64,000 nucleotides of DNA, from positions 24,490,001 through 24,554,000 of the forward strand of contig NC_042997.1 in the NCBI RefSeq assembly GCF_006345805.1. Reading direction: 5' to 3'. The notes under the pieces are model-generated. The model was not told the DNA's origin, ran no database searches, and saw only the letters and a list, made by a program, of their open reading frames with translations. The position numbers and the translations under genes were made by a program. The stretch's first letter is position 1, and every line of letters starts with the position of its first letter. The DNA is from Octopus sinensis. Its lineage: Eukaryota. Shown here in pieces: positions 56,214-64,000 of the stretch.

Positions 56214-56251
56214 GTTGATGATGAAGGTGAGAACTTCTTGTTCCCGCACGC
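56214..56251 (-). other. Candidate 38-nt exon
   Basis: Minus strand: gttttttcttttgtcttttctag|GCGTGCGGGAACAAGAAGTTCTCACCTTCATCATCAAC|gtatgt. Confidence 0.4.
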
Positions 56252-56397
56252 CTAGAAAAGACAAAAGAAAAAACGACGGCAAGAAATTCACACATATTTG
56301 AAAAGATCCTTGATAACAGAGTTAAAATGACAAACACTAATTGTATTACCATTTCAACGCACACACATACACATACACGTATATGCACACAAACACA

Positions 56398-56440
<43 letters not shown>

Positions 56441-56525
56441 AATATACATAGCGTATCTTCTGAAAGTTTGGCATATAGAATCGACATTCGATTTCGTCAA
56501 TATCTGTCTGTCTGTTTCTCTATCA

Positions 56526-56594
<69 letters not shown>

Positions 56595-56647
56595 ATATCT
56601 ATCTATCTATCTATCTATTTGTCTATCTATCTATCTATATCTATCTA

Positions 56648-56687
<40 letters not shown>

Positions 56688-56718
56688 TTATCAATCTATC
56701 TATCTATCTATTTATCTA

Positions 56719-56749
<31 letters not shown>

Positions 56750-56832
56750 GTCTGTCTGTCTGTTTATCTATCTATCTATTTATCTGAATAGATAGATAAA
56801 TAGTTAGAGAAATAGATAAAGATAGATAGATA

Positions 56833-56865
<33 letters not shown>

Positions 56866-56880
56866 TAGATAGATAGATAT

Positions 56881-56913
<33 letters not shown>

Positions 56914-57361
56914 AAGATAGATGTAGATATAGATACACATGTACAAATATGATTTTTACCTAACCTTCTTATACAATGTGTGCAACACGGATCTTTCTTT
57001 TCCATGCGCTTCGTTTGTAAAATATATCTTATGGAGTCTTTCTGTCCGTAAATATACCGTTAAATAAGAGCACAGAGATGCGAAAATATGACGTTTATCC
57101 TTTTTTTTATGACACTTATGAAAGAGAGCAGCTGGTTGTAGCATTTGCATAACCCACATCCACGGCAAAAAAAAAGAAGCGAATAGAAAACAGTAGAAAA
57201 CTTTGCGCAATAAAATATAAAAATGTGCATCCATATACACAGGCAAACACACGCAAGCCCAACCACACACACACACACACATGGTCATATAAGCATATAT
57301 ACATATATATATTACATATATTCGTATGTATAGATTTACATTTATGTGTATGTATATACGC

Positions 57362-57392
<31 letters not shown>

Positions 57393-57460
57393 CATCTATG
57401 TACTTATGTTGTGTGTATGTGTATATGTATATATGTATATGTATATATATATATTATATA

Positions 57461-57510
<50 letters not shown>

Positions 57511-58248
57511 ATATGTATGATGCATGTATGTATGTATGTATGTATGTATGTATGTATGTATGTATGTATGTATGTATGTGTATGTATGTATGTATTCAGA
57601 GTGGCAAACAATACAAATATCAGTAACACCTGATATGCGACAAAACAGAATGAATGTGAGTCGAGAATACATGCAGAGAGACAGAAATATTGTTAGTAAT
57701 AGACACAGAAAGTTATGTAGTGTGCGGGAAAGAAAGATACAGGGAGAAACAGAAATCATAGTCGTAAATACAAATATACAGGCATGACAAGTTCTAGATA
57801 TAAAACAGAAAGGTGTGAAGGTAGAATTGTTATGGATAATCGTATTTGGTTATTTATTCATTTATTTATTTGAGTTATGGTAGATATATTTAAACAAGGA
57901 AAAGTAATATAGAAAGTACTTGCAGAATTTCAGAGAAGGCAAAAGATAATAATTATTGAATATATCGCGTTCTTACTGGAACGTATATATATGTACCAGT
58001 GCAAATGTGCTTTTGTGTAGCATTGGTGAAGGTTACAAAGAGACAATAGCGCTGACATGAGAACAGCTTCTATGGAGCGGGGGAAAAGGATTGGAAACGA
58101 AGCTACATACATAGATGGAAAAGAAAAACATATACACACATGCATGCATATATATATATATATATATAATACACAAACACATACGTACGCGCATGCACAC
58201 ACGCACACATACATACATTCTTACATATATGTATGTTATATATATAAT

Positions 58249-58305
<57 letters not shown>

Positions 58306-58570
58306 TCTTTTACACTTTTATTCTTTTATTTGTTTCCGTTATTTGACTGCGGCCATGCTGGAGCAACGCCTTTAGTCAAGCAAATCGACCCCAGGACTTA
58401 TTCTTTGTAAGCCTAGTACTTATTCTATCGATCTCTTTTGCCGAAATGCTAAATTACGGGGACGAAAACACACCAGCATCGATTATCAAGCGATGTTTGG
58501 GGGCCAAACACAGACACACAAACATACACACACACACATACATACATACATACATACATACATACATACA

Positions 58571-58602
<32 letters not shown>

Positions 58603-60211
58603 CAGTTGCGGCCAAAATGTTCAGAACGGCATTGTTTTCGCCAGAAAAGTAGGTATAAATTTTTATCAAAGTCGTTTTATATTCTATAATTTTCACAGAA
58701 AATAAATACGATATTAATTGTTATTGTCTGAGATTTTGGTGTGATTTGAGAGAATAATACAAAAGTTATGGATGATTTAGTGATTTACTGCAAAATCCAT
58801 GGCGGCTAAAATGATCAGAACGGTTGAAAAAATAACAAAATAATCAAAAATGACAGAGAATACTGGAATTATTTAATATTTAGTGTGAAGCCCTTTAGCT
58901 TCTATCACACTTTGACATCTTCGACTGCATGAGGAAATTAAATTTTCAATTTCTTGCTAGGTGATCTTATTCCATTCTTCCTGAAGGGCATTCCATAATT
59001 GCTCGGTTGTTTTAGGATTTCTGGCTTTCGAACGTTCTCCTAGAATATTCCACACATTTTCAATAGGATTGAGATCTGGGCTTTGAGCAGGCCAATCCAT
59101 AATAATAACCTTTTCAGCCTTGAGGAAGTTCATGACCACATTAGCCTTGTGACATGGGGCATTTTCCTGCATGAATATGGGTGGTCGCTTAGTTGAATTT
59201 CTCAGCACAGGCAAGACAAGTTGTTTATAAACTCCTGCATTTACCTTTCCATGTAATCGCACCAAAGGGCCCACACCATCTCCAGATATCATCCCCCAAA
59301 CCATGACACTTCCTCTGTCGAATTTAACACGAGTCTTAAGGCATTTAGGCGACAATTTTTCGCCTACTTTTCAACTAACCTACCTTTTCCCATCTGAGGC
59401 AAATAACATAAACTTAGATTCATAACTGAAATGCACCATTTGCCATTTTTCTTGAGACCACAACACATGTTCGGTTGCAAAGATAAGACGACACTTTTTA
59501 TTTTTGGAGCTGATCAGTGGCTTCACTGCTGGTGATCTTGCTTGTAGGTTATGTTCAACTAAACGATGAGACAAGTTTTTCGAGATAACGTTTTCTTCAG
59601 TACAATGCTCAATTCCCAAGAAACAGCAGCAGCAGTTTTAAATCTGTCCTTTTTAACCAACTTTACCATAGCACGATCTTCTCTCTTGGTCATTTTTCTT
59701 GGCCTATCTGTAGACTTTTTGCTTCACACGAACCACAATCATCAAAGACCTTAAGAATACCGTGAACAACACTTTTTGACTTGTTAACAATCTTTGCAAT
59801 AGACCCAATACTTAAATTATCCTTCTTTCGAAGCTTAATAATCTGCTGACGAATTGATATCGGAGTAAGTGGCATTATATTAACAAAGTACACTGCAGAT
59901 ATTCTTACTAATGTTTAGTAAACGAACCGTCACGTAAACAAATTCAAAAAGTTCGCCGGTTAAATATACTAAAACATGGAGTAAAAGCAACCGTTATGAT
60001 CATTTTGGCCGTCATGGGTTTTGCAGTAAATCACTAAATCATCAATAACTTTTGTATTACCCTCTCAAATTACACCAAAATCTCAGAGAATAACAAGTAA
60101 TATTTTATGTATTGTCTGTAAAAATTATAGAATATAAAACAACTTTGATAAAAACTTATACTTACTTTTCTGGCGAAAACAATGCCGTTCTGAACAGTTT
60201 GGCTGCAACTG
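58603..60211 (-). mobile_element. Full-length Tc1-like DNA transposon (IR/DR type), 1609 bp, TA target duplication
   Basis: TA|cagttgcggccaaa ... tttggctgcaactg|TA; ~225-bp TIRs (58603-58826, 59988-60211), each with two direct repeats gcggcYaaaatgWtcagaacgg. Confidence 0.95.
58873..59875 (-). pseudogene. Tc1 transposase pseudogene
   Basis: HTH N-terminus, FSYESKF, GSVMVWG, FMQENAPCH, WPAQSPDLNPIENVW and C-terminal KGLHTKY*; split across frames with an in-frame stop. Confidence 0.93.
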
Positions 60212-60216
60212 TATAC

Positions 60217-60273
<57 letters not shown>

Positions 60274-60400
60274 CATATATACGATGGGTTTATTTCAGTT
60301 TCCAGAGGCTTAGAGTAGACGACAGTTGCCGAAGGTGCCACGCAGTGGTACTGGACCCGGAACCATGTGGTTGGTAAGCAAGCTACTTACCACTCAGCCA

Positions 60401-60448
<48 letters not shown>

Positions 60449-60785
60449 GTCATATGTATTTTCAGGATTGTCAAAAGTATTGTTATTATATATAAAACGT
60501 CCGCCGAGTTCGACTTTGCGTATCATCATCAGTGTTGATAATTTGAGAACCAGTTGCGCACTGGTGTCGATCTAATTGTCTGCCCCCCGCCCCTAAAATT
60601 TCGGGCCTTGTACCTAGACTAGAATAGAATATATATATAAAACGTTTATGAAGTTCTTGTATTGAGATCCATATACGATACAAACTATAAATGCGCCCAT
60701 CTGTATGTGTATATGTATCTACACACACACACACACATGTACGCACATATGCATATGCTGTCACGTGTACATATCTACACGATGT

Positions 60786-61030
60786 AGTCCAATGGAGTGC
60801 AGAGCATTACATTTGGCACCAGCTTGGTTGCAGGAGCAGCCGGAAGAGTGTCGAGTTGAACACTAAACCACCTACGAGGCTCCACTCCGGATTTTTTTGA
60901 ACGTTGCCTCCTTTACGTAATCCTGGATAGGGACCCATACCGGCAACTATCAGCCGGAGCCAGCTGAGCCCGGGACTCATGTCAGGCAGGGTCGTCACTC
61001 CCTGAAGTAGTGAAGAAAATCGCTACCCAC
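60786..61030 (+). mobile_element. GC-rich repeat fragment, possibly the 5' UTR of an RTE-type LINE
   Basis: Sharp GC step; tttggcaccagcttggttgcaggag...ctccactccgg recalls RTE 5' regions (from memory, unverified). Confidence 0.3.
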
Positions 61031-61696
61031 TACCTAATGAATATAGGTATACCGAATGGATATAGTAACTCGATCCAAACAACAATATGCTTGATATATT
61101 TCTATAGAACAAGGAAGACAAATCATGCAATGATGCACAATCAGATCACCTGCGTATGTGATTTGCCTTGTTTAAAACTGGGAAAAATAATACGTGCAGG
61201 CGTAGGAGTGGCTGTGTGGTAAGTAAGAGACATGTACATCTATTCCATGAGACGAGAGCAGGTATATTGCCATATGCATCCACATATATTTCTACACACT
61301 CACGCGCTGCATATTCACAAATCCCGACTTAAACAAAAGAGACTTGCCTGCTTTGAATTTTGCGAAGAACTTAAATACCAAAAGAAAGTATACATACATA
61401 CATAAATATATATACATACATAAGCTCTATCTCAAAAGAAGACACGTAAATTCAATGCAGAAATCCTTTGTGTGTAGTATGGTATCATTCAGTGTCTGCT
61501 AAACAACGGCTATAAAATATAAAAACCTCAACCAAACACTCAAAATTGAAGTTGTCTATTTTATAACATTTCCTTAGATGATGCTAAATGTGATTAGCAG
61601 CTGTCCCAAAACGTGATCAATATATTAGCTCCCATTGTAGATGATGTTGTTGAAACAATATACAATGGTTTTCACAAGAAATAATGTCTAAATATA

Positions 61697-61751
<55 letters not shown>

Positions 61752-61839
61752 GTGAATAACCATTTTATTGAAAGCATACGCATATCAAACTAAGAATATT
61801 GGTGGAGTAACGCTGTCGAATTTTCTGCCGCGTGCAAGC

Positions 61840-62200
61840 ATAATAGACCTGCTACAGTTGTGTTGTATAGAAAAATACTATATCGAATAACATAGAGCAG
61901 CTGCCCTACAGATCCTAATATATCTTACAATATCACTATCCCCTCTTTCTACTTTCTCTACTGATATTCATATGGCCACTCCACTTTGGATGCTGTATCT
62001 ACTCAGAAATTCCCATCTACTCCCCTATCCTCCTCTCATCAGATTTTTGTTTCTAACTCCTAGGCCTTATATAAATCATTAGATCTTATTCTTACTTTTT
62101 TCAGAAAATCCCGTTTCTAGAATTCCCTATCTGCTCAGGTCTTTCCTGTCGATATTGACTAATTCAAGAAGAATACTAATTTCATCGATCTCACCGGTGT
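61840..62200 (+). mobile_element. Decayed LINE (CR1/L2/Jockey group) ORF2 3' end
   Basis: F*NSLSAQVFPVDID*FKKNTN resembles WNSLP..VFP...DL..FK..VN. Confidence 0.5.
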
Positions 62201-62534
62201 ATGAGACTCTGCAAAGGCGATGCCAACTGCACTTTTCTTCAGATCCAACAATTAAATGTGTGTGAGATATGTTAGAAACAAAATATAAAACTAATAGCGA
62301 AAATACAAAAGTATGATGTTAGTTTTAGGCACTTATACACACACACACACACACACACACGCACAGGCACGCGCGCAAACACACACATACACACACATGT
62401 ATATTCACACATAACAGACACAGAATTAGAAAGATATATATGTACTTATATAAATGTGTGTGTGCGAGATTGTGGTTTTCTTTTTTTTTTGTGTGTGTGT
62501 GTGTGAATGTATAGTGTAATAACCGCCAGATAGC

Positions 62535-62822
62535 ATCTAGAAATTTTCCTTTCGAGGCACAAGTCCAGGCTAGGTTGTTTATGGAAGACCAACAGTCACC
62601 CATCCATACAAGCTTCCTCTTTCTGCACCACTAATGTTATGCAAGGTAAAAGATAAATGATACAGCTTGGCACCAGTGACGTCGCAACTCATTTCTTCCG
62701 TTGAGTAAACTGGAGCAACATGAAATAAAAGTGTTTTGCTCAGGAACACAATACACTACTCGGTCCGAGAATCGAACTCAGTATCTCCTGATTGAGGGCT
62801 CGACGCTTTAACCACTAAGTCA
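62535..62822 (-). mobile_element. Old tRNA-headed SINE (same core as 41141 and 46454, third tail type)
   Basis: Minus strand reads acttagtggttaaag...gagttcgattctc...ctgagcaaaacac...ttgctccagtttactcaac...aaatgagt. Confidence 0.65.
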
Positions 62823-62842
62823 TCATGAATATTTGTCTAAAT

Positions 62843-63422
62843 AAGGTGGCGAGCTGGCAGAACCGTTAGCACACCGGGCGAAATGCTTAGCGGTATTTCG
62901 TCTGCCGCTACGTTCTGAGTTCAAATTCCATCGAGGTCGACTTTGCCTTTCATCCTTTCGGGGTCGATTAAATAAGTACCAGTTACGCACTAGGGTCGAT
63001 ATAATCGACTTAATCCGTTTGTCTGTCCTTGTTTGTCCTCTATGTGTTTTGTTCCTTGTGGGTAATAAAGAAATAGGTATTTCGTCTGCCGTTACTTTCT
63101 GAGTTCAAATTCAATCGAGGTCGATTTTGCATTTCATCCTTTCGGGGTCGACAAATTAAGTACCAGTTACGCACTGGGATCAGTGTAATCGACTTAATCC
63201 GTGTGTCTGTCCTTGTTTGTTCCCTCTGTGTTTTGCCCCTTGTGGGTAGTAAAGAAATTGGTATTTCTTCTGTCTTTACGTTCTGATTTCAAATTCCGCC
63301 GAAGTCGACTTTGCTTTTTATCATTTCAGGGTCGATAAATTAAGTACCAGTTGCGCACTGAGGTCGATCTAATCGACTGGCCCCTCCCCCAAAATTTAGG
63401 GCCTTGTGCTTAAATTAGAAAG
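62843..63422 (+). mobile_element. Trimeric SINE family C
   Basis: One head plus three core units, the last with the alternative ccccaaaattt.gggccttgtgc tail; gaatattt...taaat on both flanks. Confidence 0.9.
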
Positions 63423-63651
63423 GAATATTTAAGTAAATTTAAGACTTTCAATTGCTTATATGCCATTTACTTCATGATCGTTTTCTCTTTTTCAAAAAAT
63501 CTCTCACTCTCTCTCTGTTCCGCTGATTGATTGATGGGCAACGCTTAGAAAGCAACATAGTAATTAGCAAAAGTCAAAATATAGAAAAAAATAATATTTT
63601 CTCCTGTTACCCACCTTCCATCATTATTCTACCACACTTTAATAGCATATG

Positions 63652-64000
63652 TGGAGGCGCAATGGCCCAGTGGTTAGGGCAGCGGACTCGCGGTCGTAGG
63701 ATCGCGGTTTCGATTCCCAGATCGGGCGTTGTGAGTGTTTATTGAGCGAAAACACCTAAAAGCTCCACGAGGCTCCGGCAGGGGGGGTGGTGATCCCTGC
63801 TGTACTCTTTCACCACAACTTTCTCTTACTTCCTGTTTCTGTTGTACCTATATTTCAAAGGGCCGGCCTTGTCACTCTCTGTGTCACGCTGAATATCCCC
63901 GAGAACTACGTTAAAGGTACACGTGTCTGTGGAGTGCTCAGCCACTTACACGTTAATTTCATGAGCAGGCTGTTCCGTTGATCGGATCAACCGGAACCCT
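63652..64000 (+). mobile_element. SINE family A (runs off the window)
   Basis: Family match. Confidence 0.92.

Larger units (their letters stand above)
58303..60403 (-). mobile_element. SINE family B interrupted by the Tc1 element
   Basis: Tail half at 58303-58600, head half at about 60265-60403. Confidence 0.85.

Overview
AT-rich, microsatellite-dense eukaryotic DNA. The SINE content and microsatellite density point to a coleoid cephalopod, probably Octopus (inference). I found no intact protein-coding gene; almost all ORF-track entries are translations of microsatellites or SINEs. The window contains over 30 copies or fragments of three main tRNA-headed SINE families (called A, B and C here) and a full-length but dead IR/DR-type Tc1 element (58603-60211). 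It also holds a decayed mariner, a decayed R4/Dong-type LINE abutting a (TAA)n array, CR1/L2 and RTE fragments, two non-autonomous Helitrons and one Helentron-type element. Most notable are: (1) a set of inverted-repeat structures and an insertion carrying hammerhead-ribozyme cores, typical of Penelope-like pseudo-LTRs, one of which couples a tRNA-like Pol III head to the ribozyme; (2) a near-perfect 1.7-kb palindrome folded at a (TA)n tract; (3) multimeric SINE C elements bounded by target-site duplications; (4) a TATA/NRF1/YY1-like promoter candidate with a splice donor at about 27.2 kb; (5) two candidate minus-strand microexons. Repeat boundaries are approximate to a few bases unless stated otherwise.
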